Positions 12,290 through 24,889 of a stretch of 64,000 nt of DNA are shown here, in pieces. The translations under genes and the position numbers were made by a program. Below the pieces are notes generated by a model. The model was given only the letters and a program-made list of their open reading frames with translations. It had not been told where the DNA came from and did not search any database. Within the stretch, counting starts at the first letter, position 1. Each line of letters opens with the position of its first letter. Source of the stretch: Isurus oxyrinchus (lineage: Eukaryota); contig JANJGN010000009.1 in the NCBI GenBank assembly GCA_026770705.1, positions 35,526,001-35,590,000 on the forward strand, written 5' to 3'.

Positions 12290-13705
12290 TTGACCCGCTG
12301 CAGTCCGTGTGGTGTAGGTACACCCATAGTGCTGTTAGGAAGGGAGTTCCAGGATTTTGACCAGGCAACAGTGAAGTAACGGCGATATATTTCCAAGTCA
12401 GGATGACGTGTGACTTGGAATGGAACTTGCAGATGGAGGTGTTCCCATGTGTCTGCTATCCTTGTTTATCTAGGTGGTAGATGTCACAGGTTTAGATGGT
12501 GCTGTCTAAGGAGCCTTGGTGAGGTGCTGCAGTTCATCTTGCAGATGGTACACACTGTTGCCACTGTGCATTGGTGGTGGAGGGAGTGAAAGTTTAAGAT
12601 GGTGGATGGGATGCCAATCAAGAGGGCTGCTTTATCCTGGACGGTGTTGAGTTCTTGAGTGTTGCTGGAGCCGAACTCATCCAGGCAAGTGGACAGCATT
12701 CCATCACACTCCTGACTTGTGCCTTGTAGATGATGGACAAGATTTGGGGAATCAAGAGATGAGCTACTCACCTCAGAATTCCCAGCCTCAGACCTGCTTT
12801 TGTAGCCACAGTATTTATATGGCCGGTCCAGTTCAGTTTCCAGTCAATAGTAACCTCCAGGCTAGTGGCAAATTCCGTGATGGTGATGTAATTGAATGTC
12901 AAGGAGAGATGGTTGGATTTTCTCTTGTTGGAGATGGTCATGGTCTGGCAATTTTGTGGCATGAATGTTACTTGCCAGTTATCAGCCCAAGTCTAAATGT
13001 TGTCCAGGTCATGCTGCAAACGGGAATGGACTTTTTCAGTGTCTGAGTCATCGCAAATGGTGCTGGACATTGTGCAACCATCAGTGAACATTACCACTTC
13101 TGACCTTATGACAGAGGTAATAATAGAGCAATGGAGTAGCTAAAAATGGATGGACCTAGGACAACTTCTGCAGTGATGTCCTAGGATAGAGATGATCGAC
13201 CTCCAACAACCACAACCATCTTCCTTAGTGCTAGGAATGACCCCAACCAGTGGAACTGAGTTTTCCCCCTTATTTCCATTGACTCCAGTTTTGCTTGGGC
13301 TCCTTAATGCCATACTTAGTTAAATGCATCCTTGATGTCAAGAGCAGTCACTATCACCTTACCTCCTGAGTTCAGCTCTTTGATCACCTCTTGAGTTCAG
13401 CTGTTTATTTGGACCAAGGCTTTAATGAGGTCAGGAGCTGAGTGGCCTTGGTGGAACCGAAACTGAGCATCAGTGAGCAGGTTATTGCTGAGTAAGTGCT
13501 GCTTGATGGCAGCTTGCTGATTTTCAAGAGTAGACTAACATGGCGATAATTGGCCAGGTTGGATTTGTCCTGTTTTTTCTGGATAGGACATACTGGCCAA
13601 TTTTCCATATTGCCGGGTAGATGCCAATGTTGCAGTTGTACTGGAACAGCTTGGCTAGGGGCCTGGCTATTTCTAGAGCACAAATCTTCGGTAATATTGC
13701 TGGGA
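12290..13705 (-). mobile_element. Family-B LINE RT fragment
   Basis: KKQDKSNLANY, VTIDWKLNWTGHINTVATKAGLRLGILR. Collinear with 1230-2610. Confidence 0.85.
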
Positions 13706-14271
13706 ATAGTTCACGGGCGACTTTGGGGAAGCATCTTATCAAGTGTCCGTAGCAATATGCTCAAATCCTGTATTGGGACTTATGCCCATTTATTAGAAAC
13801 TCAAGCATGTGCTACCCATGATTTTCAGTCAACCAAAATTAATGGGCCAAAAATTCCTGTTGTGCGCCTCTGGCAGACAAACCTCTGAGCTTGTATGCAA
13901 ATTCATAAAATAACTCTTACTGTCCAAAGTTAAGATAAATTGACCACTTTGAGAAGACCAATTAAAAAAGGCTGTTGATGCTATGAAATTGTTGCCCAGT
14001 GTTGCATTCAGGAGAGGAGGGAAAAAAAGGAGCACAGGGAGAGAGACAATGTAAGAATTTCCAATAATATCTGACAATGATGTCTATTCTACACATACAC
14101 AAGTTGTAATGCAAATATTGAGATATAATGCAAGTGGGTTAAATTTTAATATCAATTGATATGTTGATTCCTTTAATTATATCCTAACTATATTTTAAAA
14201 ATACGGGGAATGATGCTGACAAACCTCCATGAGAAGCAAAATATTTTATGAACTTCAATGTAAAGTAATAC

Positions 14272-14672
14272 CACCTTAAACATTCACTCCCTCCACCACA
14301 GATGCATAGTGGTAGCAATGTGTACCTCTACAAGGCGCACCAAGGCACCTTAGACAGCACCTTCCAAAGCCACAACCTCTACCACTCAAAGGACAAGAGC
14401 AGCAGATGAATGGGAACATCACCACCTGCAAGTTCCCCACCAAGCCACACACCATCCTGACTTAAAACTATATCACCATTCCCTCATTGCCATTGGTTCA
14501 AAATTCTGGAACTCCCTTCCAAACAGCACTGTGGATGTACCTATACCACATGGACTGCAGAGGTTCAAGAAGGCCACTCACCACCAACTTCTCAAGGGCA
14601 ACTAGGGATGGGGAAAAATTGCTGGCCTTGCCAGTGACACTCACGTCTCATGAGCGAATAGATGCAGAAAAA
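14272..14672 (+). mobile_element. Family-B LINE 3' end
   Basis: cattcactccctccaccac...ctggaactcccttccaaacagcactgtgg...caagggcaactagggatggg tail. Confidence 0.85.
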
Positions 14673-15151
14673 TGAATCTATAACAGAAAACCTGTATTTT
14701 TAACATATTAATGATTAAAAGACTTACAAGATGGATTATTCACAGAAAACCAATGGGAGAAAACAGTCAAAAATCACTGCTAGTTGTACAACAAACTGGG
14801 CTTTTAGCACTTAGTCCTAGCAAGACACCAAGCAGATATTGCCATTGCACAACCACCTTTCGTTACGCTGCCCTGCCTATTTTAATCTCACCCACATTGA
14901 CTATCACAAAATTAATTGCAGTAACATTGCCAGGCTCCCTTAATGGCTTTGGAATATAAAGATACTGCACAGTGTAGTACCACACGAAATCAAACTGAAG
15001 ATCCCTAGTCTGTAGCCTCAGTGGGCTTTCACCGCAGGCAGCAAAAGCAACAACAACTTAAGTTTTTGTAGCACCTTTAAAGTAATAAATTGTCCGAAGC
15101 TGTTTCACAGGCATATTAGAAAAACAAAATAAGCCAAGTTAAGAAGACATT

Positions 15152-16426
15152 GGGTGGAATTTTCTGTGCCTGTTGGCATTGGGTGTCATGGCGGGCATGA
15201 GCGGACAATATGGCGGGAAGGCCAAAATCAGTTTCATGACATCACAAAACCAGTTTGCAACCGTCCACTCCGCCTGTCATTGGCGGGCCTCTCCTGCTGC
15301 TGGACGTCGGGAACTTCATTTAAATACATCTGTATATCAGCATAGGCTCGGCTCACCGGAATCATCCCCCTACGCTGGATCATCTGGGCACCACCACACC
15401 GACGTGTTTCGCAACTGATCATAAGTAACATGCATCTGGCGAGCTGCAATTCACTTGGAACTTTGATGCTTGTCTACCCACCTTGCTACGGGCAGCACTC
15501 ACGGTCAGCAGCCCAGGCTTCGCAGGTAGCATGACACCACTTTTAGGGGGGGCTCACGGGCAGGTCTCTACTTATGAGGCCAGACGTAAGGAAGGGGTGG
15601 CTTTTCACGGCTGCAGGACTCGGGCTTGCTTGAGAAGGGGGAGAACTAGCCTCAGACAAGGGAAGAGGCTGCAGGGATAGGGCATTACTGGGGAAGGGAG
15701 GTATCCCAGAGTGTGTGTGGGGGCACATGTTGATCTGTGCAAGTGGCTTCAGGCGGCTGAGGGCTGAGGAAACAGTCTCCAGAGGAGATTAGACCAGATG
15801 AAGATGTGAGGGTGTGTGTGAGAGAGTGAGTGGTGATGTCCCTTGAGCTGGCAGTGAGTGAAATGCCAGTGAATGTCTGATGGGCTTGTGAGTGTGTGAG
15901 TTTACAGTGGCAAGATGGTAACCTTACTCTGGCAGCATGGATGAGATAATTCATCCTCTTTCTGCATTGTATGGCAAACTTCTTCTGTGCATCGTTGGCA
16001 CTGACCACCACTGCCATCGCCTCCCAAGCTGGAGTGGTGATGCAGATGGGTCTCCTGTGACCAGAGTGGGGGTAGAGGATATTGTGGCGGGCTCCAACAG
16101 TGTCCAGAAGGCGTCCAAGGGATGCATCACTGAATCAGGGGGCTGCAGTCTTCTTCCCTTTCGGGGCCATGTCTTCTGTGCAGCAGTCCTGGCCTGGAAG
16201 CGCTGAGAGGTGTGCATGCAGCTGCACTTTAAATATGCCGAGGTGTTGGTGTGGCAGGCGAAACAGAGGTTGCCCGCCAGTGAAATGGCATGTTTCCGCG
16301 AGTGCATGATTACTGACGGGGAATTGGAATGATACGGTATGAAAACCCGCCATTGCCACCAGCGGGTAAAATGTCCTTTATTCCGCCTGCTGCTGTACTT
16401 AGTGCAAATCTGGGACAATTCTGCCC
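15152..16426 (-). mobile_element. 1.27-kb non-autonomous Harbinger element carrying Myb/SANT-like exon 1
   Basis: TIRs gggtggaatt / aattctgccc with perfect ATT TSD (15149-15151, 16427-16429). Empty site reads aagaagacATTaggtcagatgacc. Homologous to 52813-54084. Confidence 0.85.
15928..16170 (-). pseudogene. Myb/SANT-like DNA-binding domain exon (Harbinger ORF), one in-frame stop
   Basis: MAPKGKKTAAP*FSDASLGRLLDTVGARHNILYP...AWEAMAVVVSANDAQKKFAIQCRKRMNYLIHAAR followed by a GTAAGG donor. Confidence 0.75.
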
Positions 16427-16488
16427 ATTAGGTCAGATGACCAAAAGCTTTGTCCTAAAGGCACATTTTAAGGAATTTCTTTTCCTGA

Positions 16489-16899
16489 GACAGCAGAAGT
16501 CTCATCGCCGGAATTGGAAATGAGAGACAATTCGTTTGTCCAGCGGTGGGACCCAAGCACACATTTTTGCTGGCGGTGGTCAATTTAAGTGGCCACTTCT
16601 CAGGCCACCATCCATTTAAAAATGGCAGCTCACCCAAAGAGCTGCCAGCCCAATCAAAGGGCCAGGCAAGGGGACTGCAGTGTTGAACCAGGATGGCGTT
16701 GCCCTGTGCTAGCAGTGGAGAGTTAGTCATTAAAGCTCAACTGGGTTTCCGGCGGCCATCTGAGGTGCCAAATTTCCCAGCCCTGGCAAAACGGCATGGC
16801 CCAGGAAGATGTTGAGAAATCTCCAATGCCTTTTCATGCCTCTTTAGCAGTCTTCCTGCCTCCCAACCTGTCACCAACAGACCCGGAAAATTCTGGGCC
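16489..16899. mobile_element. Diverged Harbinger-type non-autonomous fragment
   Basis: Contains ttaagtggccac and gagctgccagcccaatca motifs as in the 5608/56992 family. Ends ggaaaattctgggcc. Confidence 0.45.
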
Positions 16900-17242
16900 A
16901 AGTGGTAACTGAGTAAAGCTGGAAGAATTACAGACATTCTTAAAAGAATCAACCTGGCTTAAATAAAGTGGAAATTTGTCAGTTGTACTACACAGTATTT
17001 TGCCCAATTTTACTTCTGTGCAAAATCTTATTTGTAAATAAATTCAAAACAGCACTTTAGTCCATATAAGAAGCATTCAGAATCCACAGTTGCATAGCAT
17101 TCTTGGGCTCGGGTGCTAATAAAAATAACTACGTTCCTGCTCCTGATTATTATCATGTGTCGTGCTGGAAAGTGCGTTTGTGGACGTCTGTTGAGGACAG
17201 GGTCAGCTTCAGCTGTAATATTCACCGCAGTCAAAAGCCTCA

Positions 17243-18586
17243 GGGTGGAATCGTCCCAGATTTGCACAAATTGAGGTAGCCATGAAAAAGGATGTTTTAC
17301 CTGCCAGCTGCAACGATGGGTTTTTGTGCCTTATTGTCCCATTCCCAGCCTCAATAATAATGCATTCCTGGGAAACATTTCAGATCACTGGTAGAGCAGA
17401 CTCTGATTTGCTCGCCTCACTGTTACTTCAGGCCGTGGGTAATCCGGGCACCATATTTAAAGGGCGCCCCTGCACAGAGCTAGCTCTCTCAAAGAGATTG
17501 GAAACTGCTGAAAAGTCATGGCTACCAAAGGGGAGAACATATTACCCCCAAATTTAGCAACACCTCCCTCTGGTACCTACTGGATGCAGTGAAGGCCTGT
17601 CTTGAAGTCCTCTACTCCCACTCTGGGTAATGACCAGCAAGAAAGGTCACCAATCCAGCATGGGAGGCAGTGGCAGTGGTGATCAGCGCCAACATCTTGC
17701 AATAGAGGACAGCTACCTAGTGCTGAAAGAGGATGAATGATCTCCTCCATTCCATCAGGCTAAGTCACTCTTCTCATCACTTTCAACTCATACACTCACA
17801 AACCCATCACACAAATCCACAGGGATCTCACTCACTGCCAGTTCAAGGGACATCATCATTCACTCTCTCACATACACCTTGATCTGCCCTGAGGATCGTG
17901 TCCTCATCCCATCCATGGCAACAATCACCAACCACACATACCAAGCATCCTTCTCATCTGACCTCCTGCTTGCACTTTCTCCACCTGTATTCATGCAGAA
18001 CAAGCTGGCACACAACGAAAAGGAGAGGCTGCAAACTGGTGGAGGAATGCCTGACATCAAGGTCCTCACAGACTTTGAAAATAGAGTCATCCAGCTGGGC
18101 CCTTCCTCTGTTGACAGTGAGGTCAGCGGTGCTCAACCAAATGAGGATCCAGCAGTGCAACATTTATCGGACAACTATGCTGTGAATGGGTTCTCCTGCG
18201 CCACAGTGCCCTGCCAAGCACTAATTAGCTCTCCTTGCTTTTGCAGGCACATCTGGGAAGCAGCCGAGGGGGTCCACGACCCAGGTCCTCGATTCAAGAC
18301 CCGAAGACACCTTGGAAGAAGAATCTGATGACATGCTAATTGAAGACCCATCGCAGTGCTCACCTACACTCTCCACCAACGCAGAGGCACACATCTCGGT
18401 GGGACTTAGTTCTAGAATAGCCTTGGGGTCACAGTCTGGTGAGCACATCACACTCTGTGTCCCACAGCAGGCAGTGTCAGGGACTTCCCAGGTGTCCGGT
18501 ATTCGGAGGACTGCTGGAGACCAGAAATCTGCTGAGTCCAGTTCAGGTCGGGCGCGCTCCTTCCCGTGGGACTAAAAATTCTGCCC
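17243..18586 (+). mobile_element. Harbinger element with truncated three-exon Myb-like pseudogene
   Basis: Left end gggtggaatcgtcccagatttgcac matches the 52813 end and the reverse complement of the 16426 end. Right end aaaattctgccc. Confidence 0.8.
17518..18540 (+). pseudogene. Harbinger Myb/SANT-like gene remnant (exons ~17518-17759, 17999-~18140, 18247-~18540)
   Basis: Exon 1 has LLDAVKA..AWEAVAVVISAN..KRMNDLL. Exon 2 follows tcatgcag and reads NKLAHNEKERLQTGGG. Exon 3 follows ttttgcag and includes STNAEAHISVG..RRTAGDQ. Donors mutated, stops present. Confidence 0.72.
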
Positions 18587-19232
18587 AAATTTGAATCTGG
18601 TGCAGATGCACGAAACTAATGCAATTAATGTATCTTCCAAGCACCTGAAGATGTTTTGTGAGCAGACCTTGCAGCGATTTTAAGAAAAACTTCTGCCTGC
18701 TGTACAAGCTGACAGACTGACACCTAAAAATCTACTTACAAAACAATGTTTGAGCTGTTAGAACAATATGACATCTGATTAGATAGAGGCATAATCAACC
18801 ACTTCTGTCCGGTAATCACTCCCGTAACCCCACTGAAGACAGGTTCAGGAGAGTCTGCCTTCATATCCACACTGCAAAATCTTGTCATCTGGGCTGAAAC
18901 CCAAGTACGCAGAGAAAGCTAGAAATTTCATTTAAAAGGTCATGGCAAGGAGGATTACTATGATAAAGAATCCTTCAATCCCAAATCCAGAAGGGATGCA
19001 TCACAGGCCATTACTTGCAGAGTAAATATAATACCCCAATTAAATGAACCCTGCAGGATGCATGTGAAAGGTGCAATGACATTCAGTGAGTTGTAAATGA
19101 AAAATTGGTCTTTTGTAAATGAATGTCCAAAGCCGGACCTCAAAATTGCTATCCATAACAGTAGAACATTTGCTACCGTCCCACCATTCAGAAAAACTGT
19201 CAGAAAATAGAGATGGAGAAAGTTCTCCAGAT

Positions 19233-19301
19233 TCAGATAGCTAAATTTTAGTTAGCCAATCACGATCAGATAGCTAAATTTTAGTTAGCCAATCACGATC
19301 A
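19233..19301. repeat. Perfect 33-bp tandem duplication
   Basis: tcagatagctaaattttagttagccaatcacga x2 plus tca. Confidence 0.95.
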
Positions 19302-19439
19302 AAAAAGTCAGCAAAAAAGGCTTACAGAAATACAAAGAATAGTGTAAATCCTGTAGCCCTGGAGAGCTATTTGAAGCAATAAAGGGATACAAAGAAAGTG
19401 TTAAGTACCAGAAGAAAGGAAGATCAGTCATGGGCAAGT

Positions 19440-22060
19440 TATTATTTGGAATCAGGGGAATAAGCACCAGGGCAAAAATGAAACAATCATAAAGAGTCAG
19501 CATGGCTATGTCATAACTGACTAGCTTAGTTGAATTTTTTGAGGACTTCACTAACATGGTGGATAAAAATGTTGATGGATATTACCTATATGGACTTCCA
19601 GAAGGCATTTGATAAGGTTCTGCACAAGCAATTATTAGCAAAAATAATAATACACAGATTTGAACACAATCTTGGGTTGGAAATTGTTCAGCTAGTAGCA
19701 GAGAGAGAGTAAGGATAAATAATATACTCTGGTGCTTTGTCATAATTGGGCATGAATTTTCACACAGCGAAAATGCCAGCAAAGGCCCTTGACTAGAAGT
19801 CTTGTCCTCGAACCGGGCCTCTGACATTTTCACAAGGTGTGGGAGAATGGCGGTGGGTTATAAATTGCACATCTATGATTCCCGGAGGCAGTTGCACATA
19901 TAAGTCAGCAGCTGCCTCCACACATGATTTTGGTGAGATAGGTGTCTGAAATCCAAAGTGTGCAAATTAGACCTGGGAAGAGCAGGTCTGAACCTTGTGG
20001 GTTCATTTGGGTTGCCAGGGCACCTTTTTGGAGAGGTAAGCTACCCCTTTGGGAGCAGTAAAGACCCCTTGAGGTAGGTCAAGTGCCCTTTGGGATTGTT
20101 AAAAGTTGACATTATTGTATGTAAAAAGTGCATAAACTCATTGGAACTGTCAATGCTGTCAAAGGCCCGTGAAGCTGTGAAAGAACTTTTAAGCTATCAA
20201 AGCGCTGTCAAAGCTGTCAGAGAACTGTAAAAGCTGTAAAAGAACTGTTAAAATGCACTGTAACTGTCGAAGCTCATCGGAACTGTTAAAGCTGTTAAGG
20301 ATTTAACTCTGCTGGGCTTTAATTTTAAAAATGGTGGAATTTTAAAGCGGTCAGTGCCTGCTATTTCACTATGCCTGCTGACTTAAACCTGAGGTTATCA
20401 TTATAGGATTCCTACTAGATGTCTGAATCTACACCTAACATTATCACAGTGAGGTGCATGTTATGTGAATTTGATTGACAGCTCCAAGTGGTCATAGAAT
20501 AGAAATGCTTGTTTTAATAACAGATTAAGTATTTAAATGAAATGCTTGTTTGTAAAAGAAACAAGCTGAAGGAATTTCAATGCATTGATTTTTTTTTAGT
20601 CAATAAGTGTATTTTATTTTACAAAGCGACAACATCAATAGACACATACCTTTATTTTCAGCATGAGGTGTGTCCATGGTGAATACTAGGTCAGGTGGCG
20701 TAGATTTGTAATGGCAAAGGATGGTGACTGGGGAGTGTGGGTTGGCATGTGTTGGCACTAATATCATAGGGGCTATAATGGACCTTGGGAATGACTGGAG
20801 CATGGATTATCATAGGGGGTATGAGGGGCCATGGGGATGGGTAGAGGGGAATAGGGTGGGATTGTGGCATGAGGAGCCATGGGGATGAGTAGAGCAGCAT
20901 AGGGTGGCAGGGAGCCACAGTAGGGGGTGGGTGGGAGCATGAGGTGGCATAGCTTGGCATGGTTGAGAGTGTGTGGGGGGTGATGAAGGGTGAGGGCTGA
21001 TGAACTGTTTTTTTGTTTTAATCATTTTTAAAATAATTTCAGCAAAGTGGCGGAGCAGAGAAGCAGGCCTTCAGAGCAGCCCGCCTCCATGCCTGGCAGC
21101 CTCAGCACTCGCTCCCGGGGAAAGGGGCCTGTCTTCTTATCCAGGCCACACTCTACCTGAAGCCACACACCCTCCCCCTTCCCTGCCCCGAGAATGAAAA
21201 TTTGACCTTCTGAGCCCTTTTCCCAAGTCATTTTGGCAGCACTGGGAAACGTTCCATCTCTGCGCTCCCAACCTGGAAGCAAAATTCTGAGCTTGGTGCC
21301 TCCAGTAATCTGTACCTGGTCCTCAACAGTTCACCATATGTATCAATAACTTGGATATAGGAATAAAGAATGACCAAATCCAAGCTTGCAGATATTACCA
21401 AAATGGGAGGCACAGTTAAGTACTGCAAGTAGATGAAGGAAGAGGTAAATGAATTGACAAAAGAGTGGCAAGTTAACTTCAATGTGCAGAAGTGTGAACC
21501 AGTCCACTTAAATTTCAAGAAAGACAAACCAGTGCATTCTTTAAATAGTGGGAAATAAGGGATAGTGGAGGAGCAAAGAGATTTGGGTGACTATGTACAC
21601 AAATCATTAAAGACCAGTGGAAATGTACTAAAAGCAATTAAAAGGGCTAATGGAATGAAAGCTTTTACCTCAGGGGGATGGGAAAACAAACATACACTTC
21701 AACTGAATCGAGCCTTGGTCAGACCCCATCTAGCATATTGCATTCAGTTGTGGATACCAGACCTCAGGAAGGATATATTGGCCTTGTCATAGGTTACACC
21801 ATAGATTCACCAGAATGATATCAGGCCTTAACCATGAGGATAGGTTGCATTAATTTGGCTTGTATTCCATTGATTTAATTAAGTTATTTCAAATGACAAA
21901 AAGGTTATATCAATAGATAAAGATAATCTTTTTCCTCTGGTGGGGGAGTCCAGAGTAAGATGGCATAACCTTATAATTAGATGCAGGCCACTGAGGCATG
22001 AAGTCAGGAAGCATTTCATCACATAAAAGGGCAGTAAAAATCTAGAACTCATCCCCCTCA
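19440..22060 (+). mobile_element. Diverged CR1 (family A) RT fragment split by a DNA element
   Basis: DITYMDFQKAFDKVLH before the insertion. RDLGDYVHKSLK..KRANGM..LVRPHLAYCIQLW after it. Confidence 0.8.
19748..21292. mobile_element. Harbinger-type non-autonomous element (~1.5 kb) with internal aaagctgtca-like repeats
   Basis: Starts gggcatgaatttt and ends near gcaaaattctgagc. The G-rich ggcatgagggg tract (20680-21000) resembles the right arm of 59323-61159. Confidence 0.55.
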
Positions 22061-22399
22061 TTGCTCACGCAAAAATACTATTTACATGAATACATTGAAT
22101 ACACTGTACAGGGTGATTGCACGATCCCAATATTTCTCCCCGCCCCCACCCTTATTGGATAAATAGGATCATAAAATCACCCCTTTAATGTAAACAAAAC
22201 ATAAATTGTGTTACTAAATCGTGATATAACATCTACAAATGTGCACATCTTTGACAATATGAAGATTATAAAGGTGCAGTTCAATAATTTAGGAGTTTAT
22301 GCTGCATAATTGCAATTCCAGTAGGAAAGTGAATAGTTCTGATCTTAATGTTTATTCTTTTCACATTCACTTCTTTGAATCCTGCACCCACGGTCAAAG

Positions 22400-23370
22400 T
22401 TATAACCTGTATGCATCTACATTGTCCATTCACCTCTGAACTATAAAATTGTGGATCTAATTTTCTCTCAAACCTCTTTTCTCCATTGAAACAACATTTA
22501 GTTCGAAGTCTCTTTTCATAATTCTGAGCCCCAAGCACTGAAAACAGCTTTTTCTCTCCTCTAAGAATCCACTGCAATGCATCAATATAATTTTGAAGGT
22601 AGCATATCCCAAATCTCTCATAATTGTGGCCTAGCCAATGCTTTACATAAGGTTCTGATAATTTGTTCTGACTTACAGTCAAATGCTGTTGAAATCCATC
22701 CTTCAATTTGGTTTGCTTTCTGGACAACAGTTTCACATCAAAATCAAATCCTCTTCTTTTTCAATCTGTGTCAATATACACCTCTCTGTCACGTGAACAT
22801 TTCATATCTCCTGCTCCAATATACATTAGGATGCATTTAAAAATCTATCTGGGATTGTATTGGCCATTCACACAATTGGCTCAGGTTCCTTTAAATTCTA
22901 TTAAACTCTTACACTGATTATCATTAATAAATGTTATATTTTATGATACCCTGCTCCACATCAGCTATAAATAGTATGTAGAGAAATTAGTGCAGAACAG
23001 ACCCTGTGGAACTCCACTTGTCACTTTCCTCAGTCAGAGTTTTTTCCATTTATCATGACCATCTGTTTCCTATTGCCATGTCAGTTTTCAGTCCAGTTCG
23101 CTAATTCTTTAATCTTCTCTATAAGCCCAATGGTGGAACTTTATCAATACCTTCTGAAAACTCAAGTGCTTTATACCCAGAGTATTTACTGTCCACCAAT
23201 TTAGTTACCTCTCTCTACTGAGGATGCCAGCAGATTTGTGAGTCATGAGGAGCTGTTCCCAAATCGATGCTGACTGTCTTCAGGTACACATTGATAGCAA
23301 TCCATAAAATATTCTCGAATATTTTCCCAATTACTGATGTTAGGCTCACTGAATTGGAATCTGACCATAT
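22400..23370 (-). mobile_element. Highly diverged CR1 RT fragment
   Basis: Minus-strand remnants VSLTSVIGKIFE, ggagttccacagggtctg (GVPQG-like) and aaggtattgataaagttccac (FDKVPH-like). Confidence 0.6.
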
Positions 23371-24532
23371 AGTTTCTGCTTCAGCTGTTTTGGAATTCAG
23401 AATTTTCAAAGTCAAACTAGCTCTATTGATGAAGCAATGCTTCCACTGGAATGTGTTTGCATGGCTCAAAACACTCAAGAATTTGCAGCACCCTTTAAAT
23501 GCAGTTTTGTAAACTGCATGCTCCAGCAACCCTGGATGTCCAATTTATAAAGACAGATTGATGACTGAGTACTATACTAGGATAAACTTTGGGGAAGTGA
23601 GTATACATCTGAGTGGTTTTATTGGCATTTTATGTTTGAAGTGAACAACAAACTATCAGAAACAAAAACAAACTATCAAACACTGCTGGTGCAGAATAAA
23701 GCTTGATCAAAACATTGGACGGGGGCACCAAACAGGTGTAAATCTCACATGAAAGGATGGAAATTCATGTCAAGTTTAATTTCAGTAGGTACCATGAGCT
23801 GCCAGAATCTATCACCTCTAGAGGCAGTTTCCCCATTTCAATTTTTTGAATTTCAGCCCCACTTGTCTTGATGTCAGACCCAAGATAAGTCCAAGGGTAG
23901 GGAAATGGGATTGACCTGAGCACCGTTTAATTGGATTGGCAAGAGGGGGTGGAGTGGAAGACTTGCCTTTTTTTGGTGTCATGAGGGCTGCTGAAGAATC
24001 CTGAATGGGGCAGATATCACTTGGGTAAATTTATTTTTGGATATAATCCTTCAAGTTCCATTAGGTCTCTAATGCATATAATTAAGTGTCCTTGGGGGAG
24101 GCTAGGATGCCTGAAAAAAATCTCAGGAATTTAGCTGTGGGACCAACTGGCGCAGATTGGGTGCATGACTATTCAGTTTGCATTGCACCCTTTTATACTT
24201 GAAAACTTTCTACCCCAATGTAGCAATCAAACATTTAAAGGCACACTGCCTTCATAAAAATGTATCAAATTTTGTTGAAGTTTGCCCATACATATATTTG
24301 AGATGCATCTTTGTGTCAATGTTTGTCATTATAGTGAAAATAATGCAGGATTCTTTAATACAGAGACAACAAATCTTAACGTATTTCACTTCAAGAAAAC
24401 TGGTGGACTGCCAAATGAGGAAATGTGCATAGTGCCCAAAATATTCGTCAAAGCACTGTTTTTAAGATGGATCTTAAAAGGAGAGTGGGTTGGAAAGATT
24501 TAGGAAGAGGAATTCTACAGAGTGGGACCTAA

Positions 24533-24888
24533 GGGGAGGTGGTGGCATAGTGGTATTGTTGCTGAACTGGTATTCCAGAAGACCCAGAGTAATGACCTGG
24601 GTTTGAATCCCACCATGGCAGATAGTGGAATTTGAAGTCAATAAAAATCTGGAATTAAAAGTCTAATGATGACCATGAAAACTATTGTTGTAAAAACCCA
24701 TCTGGTTCACTAATGCTCTTTAGGGAAGGAAATCTGCCAGCCTTACCTGATCTGGCCTGCATGTGACTCCAGACCCACAGCAATGTGGTTGACTTTTAAA
24801 TACCCTCTGGGCAAAGGCAATTAGAGATGGGCAATAAATGTTGGCCTAGCCAGCGACACCCACATCCCATGAATGAATTTTAAAAAAA
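24533..24888 (+). mobile_element. Full-length tRNA-derived SINE
   Basis: A-box tggcatagtgg, B-box gggtttgaatccc, conserved body and LINE-B-type tail with A-run. Confidence 0.9.
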
Positions 24889-24889
24889 G

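Noticed and set aside
19233-20300. CRISPR-like array
   Set aside because: The repeats are tandem without unique spacers, the context is eukaryotic, and there are no cas genes.
24533-24620. tRNA gene
   Set aside because: The A/B boxes belong to the SINE head. There is no intact cloverleaf or T-run terminator.
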